Positions 12,135 through 25,700 of a stretch of 64,000 bases of DNA are shown here, in pieces. Source of the stretch: Entomortierella parvispora E1425 (lineage: Eukaryota; Fungi; Mortierellomycota); NCBI GenBank assembly GCA_020891255.1, contig BQFW01000013.1:248001-312000 (forward strand), read 5' to 3'. Every line of letters starts with the position of its first letter. Position 1 is the stretch's first letter. The notes beneath the pieces were generated by a model. The model saw only the letters and a list, made by a program, of their open reading frames with translations. It was not told where the DNA came from and made no database searches. Both the position numbers and the translations under genes were made by a program.

Positions 12135-12525
12135 GGTGAATGTGTAGTTTGAATAGAGATGGAGACAGGAATGACAAAGGCAACGTTGTGTTGAGCATCG
12201 CCTTCAATGCAGAGATCTAAAGGTCGTCGAGACCGCCTTTTAGGCGCGAATAATACGTCACCGGATCTGACTTGAGCGTGATTTTAATTTGCCACCAAAC
12301 TCAGATGACCACCTCTGTTTTATGCTCCCCCCAGTCGTTGAGGAATGGATATGAGTAAAGCCTACAAGTTGAGATAATAATATATAATGTATTTTACAAG
12401 AGAGAGTAGGTAATGATAACAAAGAGCACATGTTGCTCTGATCTACGCCTAGAGGGGGGAATACGTCCCTCGACGCTGAATGCTATGGGTAATAAAGGGG
12501 CGCGGAAGACTGCCGCGACTGGCTC

Positions 12526-14453
12526 CTAGTCCGCAAAAACGATCTCGAGCTCTGGCTCATACTTGGGGTGGTCTCCTCCAGTCGACGACAGTGGGGAAAG
12601 TTCATCGTCCAAATGTACAGACTCGGCCTCAGAGTCGCAGTCAGACTCCTCGCCAGATCCATGACCAGATGAGGCAGACTGTATTGACAGTTTCCTTGCA
12701 TTCAAGGAGAGCGCGGCAGTCGCAGCAAGAACAGCTGCTGCCGCCGACTCTGTATCCTGAGCAGCCTGCTTGGCAGTCTCCTCCAGACAATTCACAGCCT
12801 GCTCAAAGTCGTGGTCATTCACCATGATATAGTCTGAACTGAAGGTACTCAGATAGAACAGAGCGATCCCATCCTCGCTCAAGGGTCTTGAAAATTCGCT
12901 TACAATTCCGCATTCGTCGAATCCGAGGGGTCCATCGCCAATGGCTATCAGCCGCCAGTCGCCAGCCTGAGTGTTGAGTGAGTGTTCAGGGAATACACTC
13001 AAAGTCTTGTCATCCATAATCATGCTGAGCGTCATCTCCGTTTGGGTGAAAGAAAAGAAACGGTCCTGTCTAGAGTGTACCAAATGTGATAGAAGACAGA
13101 GTCAGTCTTTTGCAAGTTGTCAGCAGGCCGCACCAGCCCACGGCTTGATCAGATGTGTTACCTGTTATCGAAAAAAATGGACTCCAGTAGCCGAGTCGCA
13201 AGCACGTCCATTAGGGTTGGCTCCATGCTGGTAATATGAAGTCGGTGAGGGTAGTTGGCTTTGAAAGGATGGCGAACTTTGACGGTCCTAGGTTCTTCGT
13301 TATCGGTATCGTCAGCGGAATGACCAGCAGTCCCAGCTGTGAGATTCGATTCATCGGCACGCTCCGTACTTGTACTTGCTTGGCGTTCTCGAAGTGCTCC
13401 CTGAAGCGAGTTGACGCCCACAGGACTCAGTGGGTATGATTTATCCCATGACTGGAGATCACTCGCCTGCAAGCCAACATCCTCGAGCGGGTTATTGCTG
13501 ATATTGAAGATCTTGGACAGGCATTCCAGTGCCCGTTGGAGATCACACTCCGGTACCAACGTAAAATCCGCATCATAAGTAGAGATTTGCCTACCAAAAT
13601 CGAGCAAAGTGGGAATGTCAGCTCTTGTGAGGATAAACGAAAAAGATCCTGGGCACAACTCTCCAGCACTCTTTACAGCAGCTTCTCTCCATTCATCCCA
13701 ACGTCAACAGATCTCTCAGTTATATCGTAAACAGAAACCAAGCAAATCTTGTTGACGGGTGCCCACATGAACGTCTATTGGCTGTCTTCTGATAAGTTGT
13801 ACATGGGATACCCGGGCCAAGATTGAAATTAAGTGCCATCAAAGTCCAGACTCCGGCGTCCTGGCCCCATGTTCCTAGATCCCATCTCTCACGTGCACGT
13901 ACATTATCGAGACATTGATGTCCGCCAGGGGCCTTGAGACCTGCGAGACCACTTCCACGGTTCCTAGAAAGGAAAACGAATGAATCAATTGACGTTTCTC
14001 ATCCGATGACAGCACGATGACAGCAACAATCCAAAGTTGGTTGCAAGTTCATGGGACCAAGTTCATTGATTCTTACCAAGACCACACTCGCCAGGTTCGA
14101 TTTGAACAGCTCTCCAAATCACATCGCAGACGTTCAGTGCGCCTGCTGGAAAGCCAGCGACATTGTCCTCGTTCAAAATGAGCGAGACCTCCTTGTCTGT
14201 TTCCGTGTATGAAAAAAAATGTTGAGGTCTAGTGAAGGTTGAAAGAAGTTAAAAGAGTGTAGAGCGCCTGGTCGACACTGGAGTCCACTGATCGGATGAG
14301 ATCTTGAATGTGAGATTGTCGCCTGAGCGATGAATGGCATTCTTACCCGGAAGGAAAGAGAACAAGCTTCATAAGCTGATGCGTGCATCGAGGAATGTCT
14401 TTCTTCTGCAGAGATGCCAGCTGCAGCTTGAACGGCAGAATGTCGACAATCAT
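12526..14453 (-). CDS. CASTOR1: CASTOR/GATS-family ACT-domain protein (arginine-sensor homolog), 5 exons
   Basis: Repeated ACT halves: FFSYTETDKEVSLIL...WRAVQI, ISTYDADFTLVPE, RFFSFTQTEMTLSMIMD, and GPLGFDECGIVSEFSRPLSEDGIALFYLSTFSSDYIMV, which is close to the CASTOR1 PLGFDECGIVAQI...YYISTF motif. Exons join in frame. Confidence 0.88.
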
Positions 14454-15888
14454 TCCCTGAGTGTGAATCTGACAGAGAGGAGATGAATTTAGGTCTGAAG
14501 GATGTAAGGTCAAAGAGAAAGAAGGATGGAAGAATGGAAGCAAGAGACGAATGAGATCAGACAAGAGAGCAAAGGAAGGAAGGAAGAAAGAGAGTCTTCG
14601 TTTGGGCACGCTGTTATTTTATTTTTTTTTATTTTTTTTTTTTCTCCTCTCTGCTTTTTCTTCTCCATCTCGACCCCACTTCAAAACAAACAAACATCGA
14701 GAGCACATTGAAAAACATGTGCCGTTTTGCATCTTGAGCACGTCATGAGCACGAGCTCCATCCTTTGCATGGCATTCCTCGCGGTGCCATTCCATAGTCC
14801 GTGAATCATCCACTTCGCGTAGAAGCAGCAAGGGGTAAGCTATGGAGGCAGTGAGTCAGCCTAGTGCGGTTCCTTGAGCAGTAGCGCCGCCAGAGTTCCC
14901 TGGCCTTCTTTGAAGGCACGGTCCACCCTGTTCGGGCCTATGACGCTTTAAGGGCAGATGTGATAGAGCGGAGGTTAAGTGCGGGGTTGGAGGGAGATCC
15001 AAAAACATGGTTCCATCGTGAGCGTATCCGAGGGATGGTCTGAAGTCGCTTCTTGGCGCAGACACACAGCACCGCTGAATTCCAGGGTGTCTTTGACTGA
15101 GAGACATGTCCAACGAGGGATCAGACAGAGAGAAAGAAGGAGAGAGCGAGAAGGAAGAAAGGAAGCAGCGTGGGAGAGTTGCCCCAAGAGGAGATTGACC
15201 CAAGGGGAAGGGGATTTCACCATTTAGGCTCTTTCTGGACCACAGAAGCAGAGAGCAGGAAATACGTTTTGCCTCTTGGGGACACATGCATGCATGCATG
15301 TAGCATGGCATGGGCGTGCACAGGTAGACTGGACATGCACTGCTGGCCAGCAGCCACAAACAATGATCCGCATGGGCGCAGCACCCTGTCCTGTCGCTCA
15401 CTCTGTCCCCTATCCGCCCTTTTCGTTCTTGCTGTCCTGTCCTCTCTTGCGTGCTCTGTGATCAAAGACAGAGAGACAGAGAGACAGAGAGAAACAATAT
15501 AAAAAGAATGAGAGAAAGAGAGGTTCTGTTCTACTGCTGTGTGGGTATTGATCGTCTCTTCTCTTCCTCACTGTCTCCTTGCCTGCAAATCCAAACATAA
15601 ATCGCGCACTGCAACCATTCAACCATGGCGCAATGGCGTACCCCCTCCTCGTCCTCCTCCTTCTCTCTCTTCTTCTTTTTTCTTTGCCTCATTTCTTTTT
15701 TTCTCCGCCTCTCTCTTTCTTTCTGTCTCTTTCATTCTCTCTGTTTGTCTTCCTCGCCGTCCTCTGATCCCTTCTTCTGACCCTGCTAGTCTGCTAGTCG
15801 TCATTCCCCACTCATTTTGTTGGGTTCTTGCCATCTCTTCGTCGCTCCTCCCAACCCTCCCGTCCCTTGAGACCTCACATTCATCATC

Positions 15889-18800
15889 ATGGATCCGTCT
15901 CTGCAAGAGTTTTACTCCCTGTCGCGGTCGACCTCGATCCAGCAGCGCCCCCTCAGCCAGGCTGATGCCCTGAATTCCCGTAGCTCTTCTCGTCAGCAAG
16001 TTCGCAGGCCTCGATCCCAACAATATCAAAGGCCCACAAGTAGTATCTATGCCTGGCCCTCAAGTTATCATCCGTTCTCCGTCCCCTCGATCGCGCAAAT
16101 CTCCATCCCGCAGCCCTACAGAAACAGCTACCAAGATAACTATGCTCCTGAAGATGGACAGTCGTCTCATCGGCGTCATCATACGGCCACTGCTGGGTAT
16201 TCTGGTTCTGGAGCCTCCGTTCCTCGACCGCAGTCTCGAGGAGATCCAGAGGACATGATCCTGAACGACCCTTTGGGGGCATCACCAACTCCAATGGCTG
16301 TGGAGTCCAGCCGATACCCCTTCCCCGAAGACGTAGAGGCCCCAGGGATGGGGCATCTGGAGGATCTGGATTACTGCGCTGACTACATTCCTGGTGTGGA
16401 AGGAGAGGGACCAAGGTTCTCGAATGATTACGATCCAAACTTCCATGCACAAAGAAGGGGGAGTGGGGATCCAAGGGGAGATCAAGGAGACGAAGAGCAC
16501 ACGTTCGAGCAAGACCACTATTCTCTGCAAGAGGAAGATTTGAATCGGCGAGATGTGGACGAATCCCCTCCAGAAATTACACCGTTGCCAAAGATCCCCC
16601 TCTTTGTCCTCAGCGTTGTCATCTTTTCAGAACCGCTGACTTCAACCATTCTGTTTCCCTTTGTGTATTTCATGGTAAGTGTGATCTCTACCAACTTTGT
16701 CTGTGCACGGTGCAAGAAACGTATGACTGATGTTGACTCTTGCCCCGAAATGGATGAGAACAAGCGTGGGTCGTGCCCGTTGCATTTGTTTTGTTTGGCT
16801 CTTTTTTTTTAAAAAAAAAAGGGTGGTGTGGAGTTGAACATGGATGACTGATCGCCATTGGTATTGGTCAAATCTTCTCTGGCATTGGGCGCTGACCCCT
16901 TCCTTTCGTCTTCCCCTTTAATATCTTAGGTTCGGTAAGAACGTGAGGTTTGGTGGTGTTTTTGAGCATGTCCTCCACCTGGACGCGTTTTTTTTACCAA
17001 AAACACTAGACGACAACCACACTCATACACGCCATCTGCGCCATTTATTTCTAGGGACTTCCACATAACAGAGAATGAAGAGGAAATCGGCTTCTTTTGT
17101 GGCCTGATCGGTAAGAACGAGGGCCAGGAGACTTGTGACGATGGAACCAATCTCCGTCTTGACATTTTTCTTTTTTTTTTTCCCTTTCTTCGTAGCCTCA
17201 TCGTTCTTTTTTGCGCAGTTCTGCACTTCCATCTTTTGGGGATACATGTCGGATCGTTATGGAAGGCGGCCTATTCTTCTCCTAGGCCTCATTGGATCAA
17301 CAATCGCTTGTCTCTTCTTCGGGCTGAGTAAAAGCTTGGTGTGGGCGATTACCAGTCGCTCCATGTGTGGATTACTGAACGGTAAGCCCAATCGTGCGCA
17401 TCATTATGAAAGTCTACAGTTGGCTAATCTCTCTCTCTTGCACTGTATAGGCAATGTTGGAGTCGCAAAATCTATGCTGGGAGAAATAGCAGATTCCACG
17501 AATCAGTCGCAGGCTTTCAGTATCTTTGGCTTCGCCTGGGGAATTGGCATGGTGAGTACCTTGGTCAACTATGATAAGGTGCGGATGAGATACGATAGAT
17601 ATACTAACTTCTCTTGCGCTGTTATAACTTTAGATCATTGGTACGAGCATTGACTTGACATCGCACAAAGTACAGAGGGCATCAATAGGAAATGCTGACG
17701 TTGTTTTCGTGACTAATAGGGCCGGTTCTTGGAGGATACCTCGCCAATCCCGCTCAAAACTTTCCAGACACTTTCGGTCAGTGGCCCTTCTTTATCAAGT
17801 ACCCCTACTTTCTTCCTTGCTTTGTAGCAGCGACAGGAAGTGTCGCTGGATTTACAGTTGGCTACTTCTTTTTGGAGGAGACTAAAGGTCGGAAAAACCT
17901 TGTGCAAAAGGAGCACTACGGACCCGGTCAGTTTTCAGGGCAGAATGATGACCAAGATTTCATTCCAAACGGTCATCAACTTCAAGATCAACAACGGCAT
18001 GATGAACGTGATCACATTATTGCACCGTTCAAGACTGCTGGTCAAGCCTCTGACGCCATGGAAGCTGGTGACCTTGAGCGGCAGCCACTCAATCTACCAC
18101 CAAATGCCACGCAGCCACAACAAGTCATGTTTGCGAACCGAAGATTCATGGGTGCCTCTAACCAGTACGGCTCTATGTCGACATTGGCACACGAGGCAGG
18201 GGCTATTTCGCCAACTGGTTCACCTTACAGAGGCTTCTCTCAAACGGACTATTCCTCGGTGTCTGCCCGATCAACGCTCTCTCGTCGACCCTGTCATACT
18301 CGACCAAGTCTATTCCATCAACAAACCTCGGGGTCTGGCTCGACTTCGGGAGGTATAGGACCTACCTTCCCGAGCAGTTACAATGACCGGCACTCTGTAC
18401 CTTTTTACTCGTACTCGCGTCCGTTGTCCACTGGAGGGTTATTCTCTTTGGCCGACTCTTCATCTCTTGGACCCCGGGGTCCCGAAAGGGGAATCGATAT
18501 TCCCGCTGACGCAACATTGTTGACTTTTGGCGGATATTCCAACGATCCATTCTTGGATGCCCGTGGAGGGTATGAAGGAGTCAATGTGGCAGCAGACTCT
18601 AACAGGTTCGGTCGTATGTCGGTCGCACCCTCTCAAGTCTTTCTCTTGCCACCTGATCCAAACAATAAGGATCCCAACCAGCCTATTCAACTCGTGGTCA
18701 TTCAAGGGCCTGAAGCAGGGCTATCTCCTTTGTCGATCACAACAATCGTGGCCTACGCCATGCTGGCACTCCACTCTATTGTTTTCGAGGAAGTGTATAC

Positions 18801-19485
18801 CCTTTACGCTGTCACCCCGCTGATGTCACACGGACTTGGATGGACTGCGATGCAACTGTCTACCAGCTTGGCAACTATGGGGCTGGCACAACTGGTGTTG
18901 CAGTTTATTGTGTATCCGAGACTGGAGCGGCGGTTCTCTGCTGTTTGGTTGTTCAGAGTGGCCCAGCTATTGTATTGCTGTGTTTACCTGACATTCCCCT
19001 TGATTCGACAGTTCGCTGTGGATGAGGATGATGAGGAGACTGGAGGTCAGTCTAGAAGAGTTCGAACTTTGGTCTTGATCGGACTGGTCCTCAAGTACGT
19101 ATGCAGTGTCTTTTCTTATACGTCGGTCATGGTCATGGTAAGTTCTTTTTTTTTTTTTTTTTTTTTTTTTCGTCAACCTGCTCCCTGAATTTTGTAAACT
19201 CGATCTTGTGGTGTTTACTAAGCATTGAATTCCCTGCGATAGATTACCAACTCGGCCCCATCGCATCTACTGGGCACGGTGAACGGCATTGGACAGACTT
19301 CCGCTTCTTTCATGCGAGCCTTTGGTCCTGCTCTAGGAGGTATCCTCTGGGCTTGGTCATTGTCCAATAAGCTCGAGTTTCCTTTCAATTTCTTTTTCGT
19401 GTTTTTCCTCATGGGCACCATTGCGCTTTTGGGCTTTATTCATAGCTTGTCCATTCCCAAGGAGCTTGGCCGTCGTCGAATGTAG
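15889..19485 (+). CDS. MFS transporter (ZIFL/YCR023C-like) with a long disordered N-terminus and central loop, multi-exon
   Basis: PLTSTILFPFVYFM|VR|DFHI...GLI|ASSFFFAQF...WGYMSDRYGRRPILLLGL (MFS motif A), and C-terminal TM helices ending at TAG 19485. Confidence 0.92.
16930..16934 (+). other. 5-nt microexon (GTTCG) of the MFS gene
   Basis: Context tcttag|GTTCG|gtaaga. It is needed to join ...YFM to (R)DFHITENE in frame; skipping it hits TGA within 8 codons. Confidence 0.85.
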
Positions 19486-19592
19486 TACCAAGTTGCTCTA
19501 GCTGTGTCTTGGCTATTTTACTTTCATAGTCTGTCCTTTTTTTTTTATCAATTGTACTCGTTTTTATTACAGAATTAAAGGGATGTTTGATG

Positions 19593-20114
19593 TCAAGGCG
19601 AGATGAGGATGGCTGTGGATTTTTCATCAGGGTAGGTCTGTCGTTCTTCGACCATTTCTCCGTTGGCCGCGACCGCCGCTGCGACTGAAGGCACTTCACC
19701 CGACCCCTCGACAGACTCTGTGTACGCGGGAGCAGCGGTAGGGAGGGCTAGGAAGACGTCTGAGAAAAAGTTCATGATGGCTTTCAAGCCCTCGAGTTTG
19801 GATTTTGTCTTTGGGTCGGAGCGGATATAGGGTTCGGATTCCATGATCAGATCCATTTCTTGCTGGACGGCCCGCATATGGGTCCGGTGCATCTCATCTC
19901 TGGCATGCTGTTTCGCCAGCTTGTACTCTTGCTCAAGCTGCTTCAAATGAGCTTTGTAGGTTTCCTCGAGCGAGACCAATTGAGCCTTGTAGAGACGGTC
20001 GGTTTCCTCGCCTTGAGTCTTGAGTCGGCAACCGTGCTCCTGGAGGGTGGCACGCAGGGCGGTGGCGTTCTCCTTTTCGCTCGAGGTAAAGAAGTTGTAG
20101 ATAAAAGAGGTCAT
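19593..20114 (-). CDS. Hypothetical coiled-coil protein (173 aa, single exon)
   Basis: ATG-initiated ORF with heptad-like E/K/Q/L-rich helices and coding-like composition; convergent with the MFS gene. Confidence 0.65.
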   Translation of the reverse strand: MTSFIYNFFTSSEKENATALRATLQEHGCRLKTQGEETDRLYKAQLVSLEETYKAHLKQLEQEYKLAKQHARDEMHRTHMRAVQQEMDLIMESEPYIRSDPKTKSKLEGLKAIMNFFSDVFLALPTAAPAYTESVEGSGEVPSVAAAVAANGEMVEERQTYPDEKSTAILISP

Positions 20115-21573
20115 TGTAGTGGTATGGTTTCGATTGATATCGAGATGTAATGGTAATTGAGGTTGTTGTAGAGTATGGTCTTGCTGATGGCGATGATGAA
20201 TAATAAATGAAAAAAAAGGAATGGAAGCGCGTTTCGTCCTTCATTATATTCCTTCTTGACGAGCAAACTTAAAAAACGTGGAGAAAGAATGGATTTTCGG
20301 ACTTGGCAAAGAGGAGCACTGGCAGCGGTGGAGAGCCAAAGTCGACAAAATGGCCATGGATCTGCCAAGCCAAACAATTCCCATTTCCAGAAGATCCAGA
20401 CCCTAGGATGTAAAGCCACACCTCAAACGCGTGGACTTGCTGTCTCCTGTTTAGGAAGAGAGAGAGTGGGAGCTTGTCCATCTAGGCGCTTGTCCTACTT
20501 TACTTATCAAAAGTCGACCTGCCTTCTTCCTTGGGATTGCAGTTACATTGTTTTTTTGTCTCCTCGTTTTTTTTTGTTCACAGTGCGAGTTGTCAGAGTA
20601 TTTGCTCGATCCATTGCAAATTTGGCAGCTGGAATGAGCTACAACAGTGCCTATCATTCAATGTTTCCCTGTCACCTTGAGGTACCTTGCCACCTCTGGC
20701 CACGTTTTGTTGCAATGAGTCCATGGGCTATCTGTGATACCACCTTGTCAGCAAATTCGCTGAAGACTGACAAGACTGAAGATGTGATAACTTTAATTGT
20801 CTTAGGTCCCGCAGACGGATGGTCGATCTTTTTTTTTTGTCTTTTGTTTTTACATCTCCTCCATCCTATGCTCAAAGAAGAGAGATGCTCAAACAGCATG
20901 TTTGTTCTATTTAATTAGCTGTCGCGTGAGTTCCAATCACTGTATCCATGTATCTCCACGCGCGGTCTAGCAAAAAAAAAGTCGCGTTTCTTCTCCTCCA
21001 CACCAGAGGCGAAGAAGGGATCTCCAGCCGCATGGAAATTTACAAACGGATCAGCAACTGCTGGACAGTCCGATGGGTGTTGCGCGACTCCACTCGAGTA
21101 CAGCGACTGCTCCCAATGGGAGCAGTCGGAGAACAAGGCAAGGCCGGCTGCGTTAGGGTTGAGCACACTACCTCCCACAAGTCCTTCATTTCTTGCTCAC
21201 AAAAAAAAAAGAAGAGAGAATCAGTCTTTTGTGAGCATCTGTGAAGCCATCCCCTGCTGACAGGCCGACGACGAGAAGATAGACAGAGACTAATGCAGAG
21301 AGCAAGAGAACAGGGCAACAGTAGAGCAGCCGGCGTGACGGATGATTATGGCCTCCAACGGCCACCCGCAGGCGGGCATGCGCCCCTGGATGGCGGTTGG
21401 CCCCTGCCAGTCAGCACAAAAAAAACAAACACTTTAACACGCTATTATGGCGAGCGTCTATATATGAACGCCCTTTGCTCATCTTGTTGCATCTCTTTAT
21501 TCTCTTCATTCGCAAAACGGTCATCTCGCTCCCCTTCTCCGTTCCCATTCCACCTCAACGCACCCCTTCCAGA

Positions 21574-22407
21574 ATGAAGTCGACATTCCTTTCCTCGACC
21601 GTGGCTTTCTTTTTGCTCGGTACGGCCACCACCTTTCTCTCCACGACCACAGAAGCGGCCCTGGACCAATGCACGCTCTCCCTCGCCGGCCTGCTCGCAG
21701 ACCCTGGGCTGAACCAATGCCTGCCTCTCCAACAACTCTCCCTCCTCTTGACCGAAAACATCACCACCACCCTTGTCAACACCACGGCGACCCAATTTTG
21801 TGCCTACCCAGTCTGCTCCCAAGCAACTGTCACTTTGGTCGAGAACACCATCACGCAAAACTGTGTCAACGCCACAGATCCTGCCACCTCGGATCTCGTC
21901 TATGGGGCCGCGCAGCTGTACCAACCCTTCAAGGACGGTCTTTGCACCCGAGATGTCTTGAACCCTCCCCCCAGCGGCAATGGCACGTTCTGCATCACGG
22001 AACTGGCAGGGTCATTGACGGCTTATATGGCCCTCCACCCAAGTCCGCTGGGCATCGAAATCTTTGCCAACGCCACGGTCTTGCAACAATATGTGGCCGG
22101 CATGCCCACGGATCTTTTGTGCACACCGTGCAACAAGGCCATTATCAACCCCTTGGACAACTACATTGCTCAGAACAAGGCCTCGTTGAACGCCGAGGTC
22201 CTGAGGTGGGCCGATGTCATCCAGACTGAAGTCCAGATCAAGTGTGGGCCCGATTTCACCAACGGCGTCGCCCCCACCAACAACAACACGAGCGGATCGA
22301 AAAGTGCTGCCCTGTCGGCCTTCTCCGTCTCCTCCTCGAGCTCCTTGATCGTGGCAGCCACGGCGGCCGTGAGCATGGTCATGTCGGCCGGTGCATTGTT
22401 CATTTAA
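21574..22407 (+). CDS. Secreted Cys-rich, probably GPI-anchored cell-surface protein
   Basis: Signal peptide MKSTFLSSTVAFFLLG..., multiple spaced Cys, many N-x-S/T sites, and a Ser-rich spacer plus hydrophobic C-terminus typical of a GPI signal. Confidence 0.85.
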   Translation: MKSTFLSSTVAFFLLGTATTFLSTTTEAALDQCTLSLAGLLADPGLNQCLPLQQLSLLLTENITTTLVNTTATQFCAYPVCSQATVTLVENTITQNCVNATDPATSDLVYGAAQLYQPFKDGLCTRDVLNPPPSGNGTFCITELAGSLTAYMALHPSPLGIEIFANATVLQQYVAGMPTDLLCTPCNKAIINPLDNYIAQNKASLNAEVLRWADVIQTEVQIKCGPDFTNGVAPTNNNTSGSKSAALSAFSVSSSSSLIVAATAAVSMVMSAGALFI

Positions 22408-22794
22408 AAAACAAAACAACAACAAAGGCAACTTTTTTCCGTGGTGTGTGATGAACGCATTTCGTCATGGACGTTCGGTTGTTGTTCCCTTTTCTCTTAT
22501 TCGCCCGGATTCGTGGCACGCGAGTTGCACAATGGCCACCAAAAAAAAAAAAAAAAAAAAAAAAAAACTTCTTGCCACCTCTACCTCACTCATATCTCCC
22601 ATGTGTAATGTACTTTCCCTTGCCTAAAATAAAAAGAAAGGGCCCATACTCCATATCTCATCCTTCTCCAAAAGACAGCAAGCTCCCAAGGTGTAAGAGA
22701 TGAATGATGATCGTTTTTTTTTAATCTTCTATTAGAGTCATGCTTGTTTCTCGAATGAGATGAAATCGAGGTTTCTCGTGTTGCGTCCCCTCCT

Positions 22795-25700
22795 TCATGG
22801 CCGCATCATCTCTTCCTCCACAATCTTGTAAATCTTGACCGTCTCCTTCTTTCCAGAGGTCTTTTTAGCAGAAGAAGCCGTCGCGCTCATCGTGGCTGAA
22901 ACCACCGATCCTCCCGCACCTCCGACGCCGGCTCCAGACAAGGCGGAGGAGGGCCCTCCTGAAGAGGCAAGCCCAGCAGGAACAGTCATGTCCTGAGATC
23001 CATAGCCAGCACCTGCGGCAGGCACAATGCTGTGATGAGTCGGCGCAGAAAAGATTTGCTGCTGTTGACGAACGGCCTCGTCCCGTTGAGCCTTGCGTCC
23101 ATTCATCCATTCCCCGATCCAGCGGGAAACCAGAGGGAAGACAAGGGCCTCACAGACCAAAGACAAGGCCAGGTTCATGGCTGCCATCACAATGATCATG
23201 ACTCGGAAACTGAATGGGATCTTGACGAATTGCATCAGATCAAAGAGCCATTGCGTGGGGAACAACACCATGATGGAAGATGTCAATACAAGTACGGCTG
23301 TGATCAGAACAAAAGGACCTACAAGAGCAAAGAAAGAAAGAAAAGAGGTCAACATTACATTTCTCAACAATAAAAATTATATCAAGAAAAAAAAAAAGAA
23401 CCAAAAAGAAACTTACGGTTGGAGGACATGGGTTTTCTGTAAGGTCGTCCGACACTAAAGACAATGGCGACCAACAAATACTGGAAACAACTCAACAAGA
23501 ACAAGACCGTGTTCTCATAACACTCAATGTTCTTTTCCTCGCTGTTATAGTCTGGAGGCGTGTACCAAGGCTGATGACGCACGATTCCGAACAATGCACC
23601 CTGGAATATGGATTGGATCAAGATCTGTCCGATCAAGGAAGTCAACACTTTCTTGGAGACCAAGTTGGCAGTCGGCCGCTTAGGAGAGAGCACTGGGTAG
23701 GCTTCGGTACGACCCATGAAAACAGCAATGGGCAAGATCAAGACAAGATCGATGTACAGGAACTGGAAATCGCCCAAGTTGGATGCGAACGCATAGAGGA
23801 ACGAGACGGTCGTGAACTGGATGATACTGTAAAGAGCCATGTACTTGAAACAACTGAAGCTGGTCACCAACGCAGCACGACCCTCCCTGAGATTTGCGAG
23901 AATAAACGGGCAAAAACATGATTAGAAAATCGTGTCTTCCTGGACAATGACACAATGACCCATTCAAAACCCAGACAGCGAGCAAACAAACAAACAAAGA
24001 ACTTACTGGATCACTTTAACCACACAGGCAATGTCGTTCGATCGGCTTGTGAACGGTGCCGCCACTGAGGCTTCGGCCTCACTCAAACTGATACCCACAT
24101 CCGCCGCCTTGAGCGCTCCACAGTCGTTCGCACCATCACCACAGAATCCAACACAGTAGCCAATGGCTTGCAGGTGCTCCACGAGTTCATGCTTCTCATC
24201 GGGAGACATGCGCGCGAAAATCTGGCCCCTGACCAGCATTCTGTTCAAGGTCGAGGTAGGGGCGTAATCCACCATCCACCGGAAACAGTCTCCTGTCACC
24301 GCCAGCACATATTCGTTCATCAAATGGCTGTATCGAGGGAAATCCGGCCCACTGCTAGAGTCATCAGTCCATGAGTTTGAGGGCTAGAGGATGAAGCAAA
24401 AGTTGAAAAAAAGTTAATGACCCATGCGTCATAGAGAGCTGTGTAACAAACACAGAGAATATCAAAAGGTTACCTTGAGAGTAAGAGGATCCAAGGTGAG
24501 TTTCTCATTATCAGTGTTCTCCCAGGCAATCTCGGAGGTCTCCGTGGTCGAGTCTCCAGTCACGAACCGTGGCGTGTACACTTCGCGTACCTTGTTGATC
24601 AGTCCACATTCTCTCGAGACAGAGATGGCGGTCAGGACATTATCACCAGTACACATGACCTGTCGAATCCTGGCATTTCCGAGAGTGGCCACCACAGGAG
24701 CAGTGGTGGGCTTGAGCTTGTTCTCAAAGACAATGAATCCCAAGAAGGTCAGGTCACTTTCGACCTGCTCCCGCTTCACCCTCTGGGCGCGGACGAAATT
24801 CAGGGTCGGTACAGACTTGTAAGCACAGGCAATGACACGGTATCCGTGGTGCGTGTAGTACGAGAGACGCTCTGTGTAATCCAAAGGCAACGATTCCTTG
24901 ATGCAGATCTCTGTCATGACCTCAGGAGCTCCTTTGACAAAAATTTCCATTCCAGGCTTATGAAGACGCTTGACAACCACACTCATACGGCGGAGCTGCG
25001 ACACGAATTCAAAGCAGCGGATAATACCCAACTCCAGGAAGGAAGACTATACAAAAAAACAAAAGGTCAGAAAAGATGTTTTGCCAAGCTTACCGTATTG
25101 AAGCTCAAAAAGAAGAGGAACTTACAGAGTCATGGCCATTCTCAGAACCTTGGTTGGCGATCATGTCCTCCAAATTAAACTGCTTCCCGCCAGGAGGACG
25201 GACGACTGTCGAGACCACACTTCCGCCGACACCCTTGCCATGGCTGCTGTTATTGGCGCTCTCAGAGACCGTTGCGGTCCTAGCACCCAATCCGCCTTCT
25301 TCCAGAATCCACTGCGTGAACTCGAACATCTTCAAATCCAATGGATCTCCGATCAACTCTCCGTTCAAAGACTTTACAGAGTGACAGGTCGTCATGGCAA
25401 ACAGCAACGGCATGCTCTTTTCCAGGATCGTGCTTGGTGCCGACTGCATTTCCCCCACGTGCTTGAGCATCTCTCCAAACTTGCCTGTCTCACTATCAGC
25501 GCACTGGACGCCCAAGACATCGAGACCATCCTCGGTCAAAGTGCCCGTCTTGTCAAAGCACATGCAGTTGATCTTGCCTCCGATGTTGACACGGGTCGGA
25601 CTGATACAGAAGATGTTGGATCTCTTTAGTCGTGCGATCGCAAAGCTGGTGCCAATAGACATGGTGGCGGGCAAGGCTGGTGGGACCACAATCGTGATCA

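Noticed and set aside
20256-21318. Several 70-220-aa ORFs between the coiled-coil gene and the GPI gene
   Set aside because: They run through poly-T/poly-A tracts and have no recognisable motif. A weak spliced gene or lncRNA cannot be excluded.
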